A stretch of DNA of 64,000 nt, from NCBI GenBank assembly GCA_964106915.2, contig OZ066914.1; one strand, given 5' to 3'. How positions within the stretch are numbered: position 1 is the stretch's first letter; every line of letters starts with the position of its first letter. The notes below the pieces were generated by a model. The model did no database searches, was not told the origin of the DNA, and was given only the letters and a program-made list of their open reading frames with translations. Below, piece by piece: positions 23,603 through 35,035 of this stretch. The DNA comes from Podarcis gaigeae. Its lineage: Eukaryota. Position numbers and translations under genes: made by a program.

Positions 23603-23944
23603 CAGGCAACTCCCAATTTACATGCATTGAAGGCAAGTGTGACTATGCGCACACGCATTGCCATGAACCTGGAAGTGGCATGAAAAGGGGCAAAAACAGC
23701 CCTAAAAGAGAGCAAAAAACAGCAGAAATTGCATGAAAACAGTGTCCAGCAATCCCACAAGCCTTTGCGAGTGCAATCCCAGGAGCCTTTGCCCCGAACT
23801 TTGAGGCCTGTCGAGAGTTGGAGCTTGAGCAAGAAGTTTGGAGGGTGCTTGCAGGCTTTATCAATGGTGTTCCCAATATACTTGATTTCACTTAAACACG
23901 TGGTGTCTCAGAATGTAACCCCTGTATAAATGGGGAGTTGCCCA
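23603..23944. mobile_element. TA-flanked MITE
   Basis: TA|CAGGCAACTCCCAATTTA...TAAATGGGGAGTTGCCCA|TA. Confidence 0.65.
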
Positions 23945-24194
23945 TACTGTAAGGAGGGCCATCTTATGCAACCTGCCCAATAAGAGACTACAGGTGGTCA
24001 GTGGATGATAACGTTTTTCAGACTGTTGTATTCTACTGACATAGTGACTTTTGTCTCCACATAAGTTCAGAACTTTTGCTAGAGTTCTAGCCTTTTTACA
24101 TATGACAACACCTCCCATCCACCAAAGGATTTCATAAGTAGTTTTATCCTTTCTTCCATGTAGTTAAATAAGATCACTCTTTTTTCCCCTTCAG

Positions 24195-24265
24195 TGACAA
24201 GAAAGCTGGTGCTGTGGCATTGATATGTGAACTCATGGACATGAACATTTATGAACTGATCAAAG
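24195..24265 (+). CDS. MOK: MOK exon 4
   Basis: DKKAGAVALICELMDMNIYELIK. Confidence 0.95.
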
Positions 24266-27248
24266 GTATGTAGATCATGGCAATGAAAAGTCCTTTGCAG
24301 AGATTATCTTTATTTATTTATGCAAAACCCCAACTATTTGTACAGTATGACTGACCAAAAGAATAATGTAGGGCAGGTGGAGAACCTGTGACACACTAAA
24401 TATTGTTGATCTCCAACTCCCATCAATCTCAGCCAGCATAACCATTGTCAGGGTGTTTTCTCTAGCAACATCTGGAGGACCAGTTGTCAGGGAGTTGTTG
24501 TCCAACAACATCTGGAGGACCACAAGATTTCTCTAGTTGGCCAGTCCTGTTGCCCAAGCTGAAGTCATTCTGTTTGTGTAATTCAGCCGTTTACCGCCCA
24601 TAGTCTTCTTCCCAGTAGGTGAAGGCAGAGAGAGATTTTGAAATGTGGAGATGACATTTCCATATAATTACAGATACCAAAGAGAAACACCTGCCTGACA
24701 GTGCTGGAACGGAGGAAACAGGTGCAGGTGGGAAGACTGTGTAGAAAGGGAACAGCAGCTAATAATTGTGTCATCTCTGCTCTGTAATTAAGAGTCCTGC
24801 TATAACAGCTCACACATCACAAATATATATATTTACAATTCAGAACAACTGATTGGCTGAGATTAGAAAGCCATGATCACATTTCACTGCTGTTGAGAGA
24901 TTAATTCTCCTATCTTTTCTTGCCATTCCTTTGTCATTCTTGGCCATGTGCAAGTGTGTGAGAACAGGAGTTTGCACTCACCTGCTTTCTTCCACACCTC
25001 AAAAATTATTACTGATGGCTGGGGGCAGGGGCGAACGAAGGCTAACCGACAACCGGGGCAGGGGAAACCGCCGGCTGCACACGCGTTGCACCGCTACGTA
25101 CGATACATGCGCGGTGTCGCTACATAGGGTGCATGTGCGGCGTCGCTACGTACAGCGCATGCGTGCGACACTGCACATGCGTGGTACGTAGCGGTTTGCC
25201 GGTGGCGGTGCCTGAACGCTGTACGGACAGTGGCGGGATCCTCTGCTCGCAGCTGCAGCCGTGAATGGAGGATCCTCCACATGCAGCTGCTGCTGCACGA
25301 TGGCTGCTTGTGCCACCGCACCCGGGGGCAGCGGGGAGAGCACCCTGCGGGGTGCCTTCTTGTCATCCCCACACACTTGGCACCCGGGGTGAACCACCAC
25401 CCCCTTATGACACCACTGGCTGAGGGTCCCTCCAGAGCAAGAGTAGATAGCAGTTGCTGATTTTCCTTTCCAGCAGCAATCCTTTTCACCACAAGTGAAA
25501 TCACTTTCAGGTCTGAAGCCTGTTTGGATCTTGGCCTGTGGTTGTTGTCCCCCCCCCCCCCCCCAATAAAACATAGCTGAGCATTGGAGGGAATGGCATA
25601 GTGTATGTTTCAAATGCTGGTTGTATATTGATGAAAAATGAAAGGCTGGACAAGTCTGGTACCATGAGCCACAAGTAACTATAATGCAACGAATCTTAAA
25701 AGTTCCAGCTCCACCATCTTCCTTTTCTAGGCTAACTCTATGTTTATCTAAAGAGTTAGGAACTCAGAACTTACAGAATTCAAGATAAGTATTCACGGTT
25801 GTCTTAGCTAGTATTGAATGTGGCCGCACATACAAATGCAAAAAATTGTAGAATGATGACAGAATAAAGAAGCTCTCAAAACTAAAAAGCCTGTTTCTCT
25901 GTGCAAGCCACTTTCTAAGGGTGGTAGTCAAGTTTCTTCAGTTCAGTGCCTTTATAATAATTTTGTCCTTGAGTTGCTACAGGGAAAGGCTTTCATTGAT
26001 TGTGTTGATTTTTATATTTATAAGGACTCATTGGGTGGCAGCCAATGTCCTCCTGCTTGTGGAAGGGCTTTTGATCTAGCAGAGGCCCCTCCCAACAGAA
26101 CGCAGGAGATAACTTTCACCAGTTTCCCCTCCCTCCTCCAACCTTAATTTTTTTCTCCAGAAGAATCTGCAAAAATAGACTTTCCCCCTTGCCTCTGTTT
26201 AATCAACCCATTGGTCCTTCAGGGTATTTGGTATATGTATCATGCATAAAGAAAATGCGGCTTGCTTTCTTTAGTTGCAGTTCCATTTCCTTCAGCCATG
26301 AATCTTCTGAGGGACAGTTCACTCATACATGTTCAGCAGCTAGTGACTACAACACCTAGTGGTGACTCACTTGTCTAAGTGGGCCTTCATAGATGGATGC
26401 TTTCATTGCTCCTGAGGTCACCTTAGATGCGATGCTTTCCAGGAGAGTCAGCTCACACTAGTACAAGCTGATGTGAATCCATATTCTGTTTGTAGATGCA
26501 GATAATGTATGCATATGCATGTATGAGTTGACACTTAGCATGGCAAGGTGGTGGGTAAGGTCTTTTCCATTCATTCCTTTTGAAATGAGTGACATAGATG
26601 ATGGGGGTTCTATCTTAAATCCTTATTTGATCTTAAATGTGAACAAACTGCAGAATATGAGGCTCCACAGTTGCTGGGGTTTTAGTGTCATTTCTTCGGG
26701 TGAGATTGTAAGGACTGGAATAATCTACTGCATTCACTCATTAAATTAGCTAAGGAAAAATAATAAGTTGATAGTACAATACACAGAAGCAACAACTAGA
26801 ATGGAAGTCGTTTTCTAATGGCGATAGTTGCATAACTGAGAGTTAGAAAGCAGATTGATTCTGTCATCTAGAATGCATTAAAATAAGCAATTAAGGCTTA
26901 TGAAAATTTGACCGAGTTTCCATGATGAATATTCTGAAAATGTCTGTGAAAAGAGATGCAATGTTATGACAGGAGATCTATGGGACAATATATATAAAAT
27001 CCATATGTCTGGCTGTTCAGCTTCTTCATGAACTTATGGCTCATTTGATGGCTAAGTATAAAGGTATTTTGTATTTAAATAGTTGAGGGTGAAGTGTCTT
27101 AGGAGTCAGGTTACTACATTGTAGGTTGAATCCAGGCTAAATTAGTCATACTTTTAATCCCACTGATTACAGTGAGACTAAAGCATGACTATCTTAATCT
27201 GGCTCCAAGTATGACCAATGTTACCTCCCCCCCATCCCAAACTGAATA

Positions 27249-27479
27249 AAGTGGTACCTCTGGTTACGTACTTAATTCGTTCTGGAGGTCCGTTCTTAAC
27301 CTGAAACTGTTCTTAACCTGAAGCACCACTTTAGCTACTGGGGCCTCCTGCCGCCGCTGCGCGAGTTCTGTTCTCATCCTGAAGCAAAGTTCTTAACCCG
27401 AGGTACTATTTCTGGGTTAGCAGAGTCTGTAACCTGAAGCATCTTTAACCTGAAGCATCTGTAACCCAAGGTAGCACTG
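27249..27479. mobile_element. Tigger-like (Tc1/mariner) MITE
   Basis: TA|AAGTGGTACCTC...AGGTAGCACTG|TA; internal TAACCTGAAG repeats; homologous to 6339-6484. Confidence 0.8.
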
Positions 27480-28838
27480 TACATTGGTCAGTCAGGAGCA
27501 TTCATTCACCCTTATCATCCCAAACAGCTGTAGCTTATTCAAGCAATAACTTGAGAAGTAAAGTTCATGCTGAAAATGCAGTGAGTAAATTAGTCCTGGT
27601 TGCTTCAAGTATGCCAATGCTACCTGAAATGAAGCAATGTAGCAGTTTGAGCAGGAAGATAAAAAAAAATACGCATATTTGTGATACTTTGGGGCCTTGA
27701 CAAAGCTTTTCCTTCTCATGCATTACATCCTAGTGCCAGCATACAAACACCCTTGGTGTCCTGTTATATCTATCCTCTGTAATACTGAAAGCAGTCTTTG
27801 GAAGAGCCAGTCTGTGTGCCATATCAGAGCAGGTGTAGTTATGTGATGAGGCTACTACTGCCTATTGTGTAACAAAGGAACCTGTGGCCTTCTAGCTGTT
27901 TAGCTCCCATCATCCATGACCACTGGCCATGCTGGCTAGGATCAATGGGATCTGGGAAGCCAACAACTTCTGAGGGGCCACAGTTTCACTATCTTGGAGT
28001 AGGGCATTCTGCTCCACATTTCCCAAAGTTCAGATGCGTTGGTTAGATTGATATATCTCCTGTCAGGTTTACTATGCACCAACCGTATCATGTGGTTGAG
28101 CTCACCATATAAGGGGGTATCCGATAGTAGGTTCCCTCTAGGCATGGAAGCTTGCTCTTCCATTCCTGGAGGGCAAGTAAACATCTAAGGCATGTACTTT
28201 ACACTGTTCAGAATGGGCCTAGGTATTCCCAACAGTGGCTGCCCTTTCAGCAGAGATTGGAAAGCCAGTTTAGGAATCAACACTTCCTCCTCGCCCACAT
28301 TTATGGGGAGCAAACCTTCATATCATGTTGACCACTATTAAGAGAAGAGTCAGCGTTGACTCTGTCTGCAGTTATCCAGAACTCTGGCATGTGTTAACTG
28401 TGGTTAGGTGAGTGCCTGTGTTTCTTTTAACAGTGGTTAAGGCTGAGCAGGAGAATTTGCTCTAGGGAGGGGTATAGATGACTGCTGAACTCTTAACAGT
28501 AGCCTCGTTAAATGAATGAATGAATGCATTTTAATAAAAATTATATGCTACTTGATTGTAAACAAAAACCCTCAAAGTGGTTAATACAGTTAAAAACAAC
28601 TATTTAAAACATTTTAAAAAAACCAACAGTATATTAGAAAGATTAAACCAGCCCAGTGTGTTCTTCCTCACCACTATGGAAAATATATATAAAAAAAACA
28701 CTCTACCATGGTTCATAGGCAAACCATCTCACATCTGTATTTAAAATTCACTTAACTGGTAGAAGTGACTGCAAGCTCTCCATCATAAAGTGAACTTTGT
28801 ATAAAACTGTACCACGTTCATTTGACTGTTTCCTCCAG

Positions 28839-28917
28839 GGAGGAAAAAACCGTTGCCTGAAGGAAAAATAATGAATTATATGTACCAGTTATGCAAGTCT
28901 CTTGATCACATGCACAG
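28839..28917 (+). CDS. MOK: MOK exon 5
   Basis: RKKPLPEGKIMNYMYQLCKSLDHMH. Confidence 0.95.
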
Positions 28918-29691
28918 GTAAGGCAGCCATTTGTATTTATTTTTCAAATGTAGTATTTGGCTATATAATTGAGCCGGGATCTGGAGAGTCCAGTGAATAC
29001 CCCAAAGGTACTGCGGTGAGGGTCAAAGTACATATGATATTAGTCGTGGGGCTGCTTTTATTTTGGAGAAAAAGCAGCCTTGGGGCCCCTATCCAGAATG
29101 TGCATTTATTCTGACTTCTCACTGATGAAAATTGCTCATCTGCTTGCCTCCAAAAAGTAGACTACAGATGGCAATATACAGCATTTTCTGGGGCTAATAA
29201 CAGCCATAAGAGAATGATTTTCAGTAGGGGGGTGGTGGTATAGGGCTCCAATGTGGATTGGGAGCCCATTCTAGCTTTCTCCAAAATAAAAGGAATCAAG
29301 TTAATCCCACTAGCTTGATATATATATATATCTGTCCTTCCTTCCATAGGAGCCTAGTTAGCTTACAGTCTTCATAAAATCACATTAAAACAACCTTAAA
29401 TCACAGTTTAAAAACACTATGCACAGAAAAAACCAGTAAGCCACTAGCAGCAGGCTCTGCATGTAACATTCATGCAGTTTGATGTATCTATTCCAGCTGC
29501 AGCCTCTCACACTGCAAATTCTTCTCTGGAGCATCCCCCAATCTCCAGGCCAGGGATGGTTTTCAGGAGTGTTCATAAGGTGGACTGGGAATAGGACAGT
29601 GGGGAGCAGGAAAACCCCAATGCACAGGGGACTTTCTGTACGCCATTCTTGGTATATAAATACTTACTTGCCCTGAATAATTCTCTTGCAG

Positions 29692-29740
29692 GAATGGGTT
29701 ATTTCACAGAGATGTAAAACCAGAAAACATATTAATAAAG
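29692..29740 (+). CDS. MOK: MOK exon 6
   Basis: NGLFHRDVKPENILIK catalytic loop. Confidence 0.95.
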
Positions 29741-30390
29741 GTAAGCAAAATGTGTTCCACCCCCCTCCAGGTACGTGAAAGAGTTTCAAAGAGTACAAGG
29801 CAGAATTTATTATTATTTTACCATAAATAAAATCGTATTATTAAAAATACCCCCAATTTATTTTTGCTTGAGAAGGGGCACACCAGTAAGACTAAACTCA
29901 AAAGAGGTTTGTTGTAGGTTTGGGAAACACAGCCGTAGCACAAGCGATAAATATGTTGAAACTCTGTATTCATTTTGCTAAGACTGCAATTTGGAAGTGC
30001 ATTTGTACCTAAGAGAAAAGTACATTGTTAGTTTTGGATGTGGAACTACAGGTGCCCAGTTTAGATAAGTGGCAGTATTGTCCCTAGCCTTTCCCAAACA
30101 CTACTGATGAAGTGTAGTAAGTAATCTTCTATAACCTGGTAAGTCTTCTTGTGACCAAAGTTTCAAGCTTTTTTCCGGTTAAGTACACCCCGTTGCCATG
30201 TTAAGTGCTCCTGCAGTTACATTTTCTCACCATTTCCAAAGACGACAAGCACTCTGTCCAAAATAGCCATGGACCAGAGTTCATTGCAATGTAATAGCCA
30301 GATTTAATTCTCAAATTAAGCACCTTTACACATGATTGATTTTATATGAATGCCTTCTCATTTGAGATGCCACAACTATCTTAACTGCAG

Positions 30391-30569
30391 CAGGATCTTC
30401 TGAAGCTTGGGGATTTTGGTTCCTGCAGAAGTATACACTCCAAGCAGCCTTATACAGAGTACATCTCTACACGCTGGTACAGGGCACCTGAATGTCTTCT
30501 CACAGATGGGTACTACAGTTATAAAATGGACATGTGGAGCGCTGGCTGTGTGTTCTATGAAATTGCAAG
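30391..30569 (+). CDS. MOK: MOK exon 7
   Basis: [14 protein letters not shown]...[15 protein letters not shown]: DFG, TEY activation motif, APE; CAGCAG tandem acceptor. Confidence 0.97.
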
Positions 30570-31288
30570 GTACATTATCTTAAAGGAATTGGTGGTTTGA
30601 CTTGAGAGCAGGGCCGGCCCAGCCATGAGGCAGGCTCAGGCCGCCTTGGGCAGTGGAACACCATGAGGTGGCACCCCTGTCTGCCCCGTCATTAGTAGAG
30701 AAGCATTGGTGGCGGCTTCCGACCACCGCTTCACAACCCAGATAACAGAGGCATTGGCAATGGGGCAGCACTTTCCCTTTTGCCTCGGGCGGCAGAACGG
30801 GACACACTGCCCTTGACTTAAGAGTGAAATTCACATAAAGGGCAGGATTGTGTAGATGGCATGAAGTGTTCACAGTTGTGTCACGGAAACAATTTGTGTA
30901 AAAAGCTGGACAACAACAGGTAAAGCTCAGTGGGAAAGCACATGCTTTTGTGTGGAGAAGGTTTTAGATATAGTCTTTGGCCTTGCTAGTAAACATATAC
31001 TTGAGTCTTCACTGGGGGGGGGGGGGGGTTGGATTTGAGAGGGAGGGAAGAAACCCCAGAACAGCACATGGGGAGGGAGAGAAGATTGTTCTGTCTGGCA
31101 AGCTGCATTGCTTGCACAGATGGAATGTTTGCAATAGCACAATGCTGAATTCCACCTGTAATCTCCTCAATAGTTGGTGGAGGGGGGCAAATACTACCAA
31201 TTTAACACTGCCACAATTTAAGACTGGATAGTTTTCCTCACAAGGAGAAAACTCTCAGCCCAACCAATTCCTCTTTTTTTGTTTCTAG

Positions 31289-31390
31289 TTTCCACCCACT
31301 CTTTCCTGGATCTAATGAACTGGACCAAATATCAAAAATCCATGATATTGTAGGTACTCCTCCCAAGAAGATTCTTAATAAGTTCAAGCA
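31289..31390 (+). CDS. MOK: MOK exon 8
   Basis: FHPLFPGSNELDQISKIHDIVGTP. Confidence 0.95.
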
Positions 31391-32497
31391 GTAAGTACAT
31401 TTTGAATTATGGGATTTAATAGTGCGTTCTCTCTGTGATCGAACCTGTACAAATAAACTTCTTAATTTAGAGGAGAATGCTCACACATCATGTCAAGGAA
31501 GCCGTTTGCTAGTCCGTAGCTAAAACAGTGTAGACTAACAATTCAGTGTAACCTGAGGCTACTTCATCGGTTGTGAGCTGAAGTCACACTCCAAATCATG
31601 GCATCTTGTGAATTGATTAGATTGCTCGCTGTCTACTTTTCCATTCGAAAACAAGTTCGATCTCTGCTTCAGAGTGTTAAGTGTTACAGAAATACCAGCT
31701 TCAGGCTCCAAGCACAGAGCAGATCCAGCAGAGGGACATGCATTTATCCCTTTCCCTCCCCAGAGATCCCACTCCCCACCCCTATGCCACAAGTCACACA
31801 TGCTTCTACTCCAGTATTTTAAACTGTGATCAAGGAGTACTATTCAAGCACGGGAAGATCCTGATAGCTGCTATTTACTTAATGGCCAAGATGCTGTGTC
31901 AGGAAGTCACCTCTGCCATGACCCCGCCATGTGGCCTGAGGCAAGCTACTGTCTTCTCAACCTCATTCCTCTATAATACTACGTATATGTTAAGTAGGCT
32001 ATGGGTTGCAAAGCACCACTGAAGACGGCCCGGTAGCCAGATCTCTGACCATAGGTGTTATACGCTGACAAAGTCTCACTATAGTTAGTAATTGTACTGC
32101 AGCAACTCTGCACAAATTTCAGCTTCTAGATCAAGTGCGAGGGAAGCCTCGCCTAGAGTGCACTGCAGCGATCCATTCTTCAGTTTGTGAACTGCCGTGG
32201 CCAGGTTTTCCTAGTCCAGGAATGGCTGCATCAGTCAAAGCAATTGCCAATGGTAAAAGGCACTTCTAAGCTGCTGAGGCTTCCAGTGACAGAGCTGGAG
32301 CCAAAAGCACAAACTGTGAACCTGCTGCTTCTGGGTAGGCAAATCGAAGGTCAGACAAAGAGCAAAATGTGTATTTAGCCTTCAAGATTTTCTACGTCAG
32401 CTTTATCTCTTTGGCATCCCTGCCCCATCCTCCCCAGTAAGGCTGACATTAATAGCCTCCTGACAAGAATGTGTTTCCTTTCACTGGATTAATGCAG

Positions 32498-32671
32498 GTC
32501 ACGAGTGATGAGCTTTGATTTTCCCATCAGAAAAGGGAAAGGAATCTCTCCATTTATGCCTAGCTTGTCAAACAAGAGCCTAACTCTTATGTATGCAATG
32601 ATACAATATGATCCTGACGAGAGGATCTGTGCCCATGAAGCCCTACAGCACCCTTACTTCAGAGAATTAAG
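32498..32671 (+). CDS. MOK: MOK exon 9
   Basis: SRVMSFDFPIRKGKG...YDPDERICAHEALQHPYFREL. Confidence 0.95.
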
Positions 32672-33137
32672 GTAAGTAAACTTTCAGTGTCTCTTGAATT
32701 GAGCAATGAATGTGGAGTTGCTGGTGTCTCCAGCTTCTTAATCCCAGACTTAAAATCAGTGAGTGAGGTCCACCATTGCAACAGTGCATGAACAGGACTT
32801 CCCTTCCTCTCACCACCTCATGAATCCTCCCAAACTGCTCCAGAGAGGCCCTTGGCTAACTAAAGCAGACCACAGGGGCAGGTGGGGGGCTGCGAGGAAG
32901 GGAAAGTCCCACTGGTGCAAACACAACTCAACACTGGATATCACCCAGAGGACTTAAATTACATCTATAGCATCCAAGCTTAAATCTTGACCTACTTCAC
33001 TAGGTTTGGGTACTTAACAGCTGCATTATAAATTACGGCTGAAAAACGGAAGTTGCTATGTTGGCTCGACTCTCTAGTTGTCACAAACGAATTTTGAGTT
33101 TCATAGGTGAGATTTTGTCTGGCTCTGTGCTGAACAG

Positions 33138-33249
33138 GTTGGCAGAGAAACAAGCTTTGACCATACGCAGAAGAATGAGATTAGCAGAAAACCCATTAGA
33201 AAGGGAGACTCTCAGCTTGCGTCGTATTTCAAAGGAGGATCAAAGGCAG
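33138..33249 (+). CDS. MOK: MOK exon 10
   Basis: LAEKQALTIRRRMR...ISKEDQRQ|GTAAT. Confidence 0.9.
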
Positions 33250-34670
33250 GTAATCTTTAAATCAATGAATAAGTAATAAACCTAATTAAGTAATGTCATT
33301 TTAACATTGCCAGCAGAACAACCCTGTGTCAAATGTGATGATATGATGAATAGTGTCCAATAGGCAAAACATATTTTAGGATTTTTGTCTCAAAAGGATC
33401 CAAGGCTGCATGGATTTCTGATCTAAACAAACAATGTCCATCTAAGCAAGACAGGTAGCTATAGAGAAGGCTTTGCATACATACTGCATACTAGCCTTGC
33501 AAATAAGCCCCCAAAAGCTACTAGCCTGCAAAAATATTTACTAGCTTGTTGGTGGCTGGGGAAAGAGGGCTCTGTCCCTCTTGCAGGAACCTGCTCCATT
33601 TATATGGAATTGCAGAGAGGCTTCCCGGCAGCCTGTTTAGTTTCTAGTTTGGGAGTGGATGGGGGAAATGTTCTGTCCCTTCTCTACAAGCCTGTTCATC
33701 TGCCTGCATGGAATTTCTTGTTGCCAGTCACTACCAGGCTAATGTCAGGGTGCTGAATATTATGATTTACAGCTTGGAGGAGCATACAGGATAGCATCTG
33801 GTGCTCAGAAAACTTTTAGTGACCTTATGAAGATGCACATGTAATTATGCTGGAACAGGTTATTTACACATCTTTTTTCGAGATGTTCCTGTGAGCATGA
33901 CTGCTGTTGCATCCAGGCTTATTAAATCATCCCTGCAAATTGTACATTAGCAGGGAAAAGAGGGTCACTTATTCTAATAAAGCTTTTCCAGGATCTATTG
34001 GATCACTGGTGCAAGGGGAGGGGGCAGGATGAAATGTGCCCGATGAACAACAGATCTTACCTTTTGAAACCACTACACTAAGCTTCCCTCCCGCCATGGA
34101 ATTCTGAAGGCACAAGGCTTAAGTTGCCAACACCGTATCAAATTCTATGTCAGATCTAACCAATGTTTTGTCTTATTTAGAAGGTATTCCAATAGCTGTT
34201 CTAGGGAGTAGTTTTAGAAATTAGAAATTAATCTCATGCTACTAACAGAGCAAGTTTGATCAAGCCTTAGCTTGTGGCACAGTTGAAATTCTTGGTTCTC
34301 TTAAAATTAGAGCAACAAAAAATATATTTTCCTGGTAAGTATCCACCTTCCAATATGCTCCAGCTTTTCTCCAGTAGTGTTTGGATACCAGTATTGGTGT
34401 AGTTACCATTATCTACGTTTGCTCCTACACTAATCCGAATACCTTTAAAGTACACCCATCTATGTGTTTCTTTCTGAAGGTGCGATCACAGAAAACAAGC
34501 AGCACTACTTGGGAAGAAGCATTTTGGTTGTAAGTCTGTATACATGCTTAGACCATCACAGCAACAATGTCAACCAGACCAACACAGGTCGTCAAAACAC
34601 TTAACATTTAGCCTACACAAAACATACTGATTTTTTTAAAAAAATTGAACTTTTATTTTTATTTTAAAAG

Positions 34671-34874
34671 AACTTTCTTAGGAGAGCCCAGGAGAATCCA
34701 CTGGGACGTCGTGGATTTCCCTATACAGTGGAGTTGCCCAAACTGGCTGTTCCTGAAGTAACCAACTTGACTTCTTACCCTAATCCTCCATTTCAGTCAG
34801 TTTTTCCTCTCCCAGCAACCAACGGGCAAGTCCAAGTGTTGCAGCCCATAACATATTTTGGGACACACTGCAAG
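34671..34874 (+). CDS. MOK: MOK exon 11
   Basis: NFLRRAQE...VELPKL...NGQVQVLQPI...K|GTAAT. Confidence 0.88.
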
Positions 34875-34957
34875 GTAATTCTGCCTTGCTTCTCAGATTG
34901 TACAATTTTAGACAAGTCATTAACAGCCCATTTTAACTTGTGTTGTCTCACCAACAG

Positions 34958-35035
34958 TCTGAAAGGCAGAAGGAATTTAAATCTCCTGTGAAACACTACC
35001 ACTTGCCTGCTCTGGGAAGAAGAGGTGGTTACTGA
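34958..35035 (+). CDS. MOK: MOK exon 12 (last; CDS totals 1260 nt, 419 aa)
   Basis: SERQKEFKSPVKHYHLPALGRRGGY then TGA; follows an 83-nt intron. Confidence 0.88.
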   Translation, partial: SERQKEFKSPVKHYHLPALGRRGGY

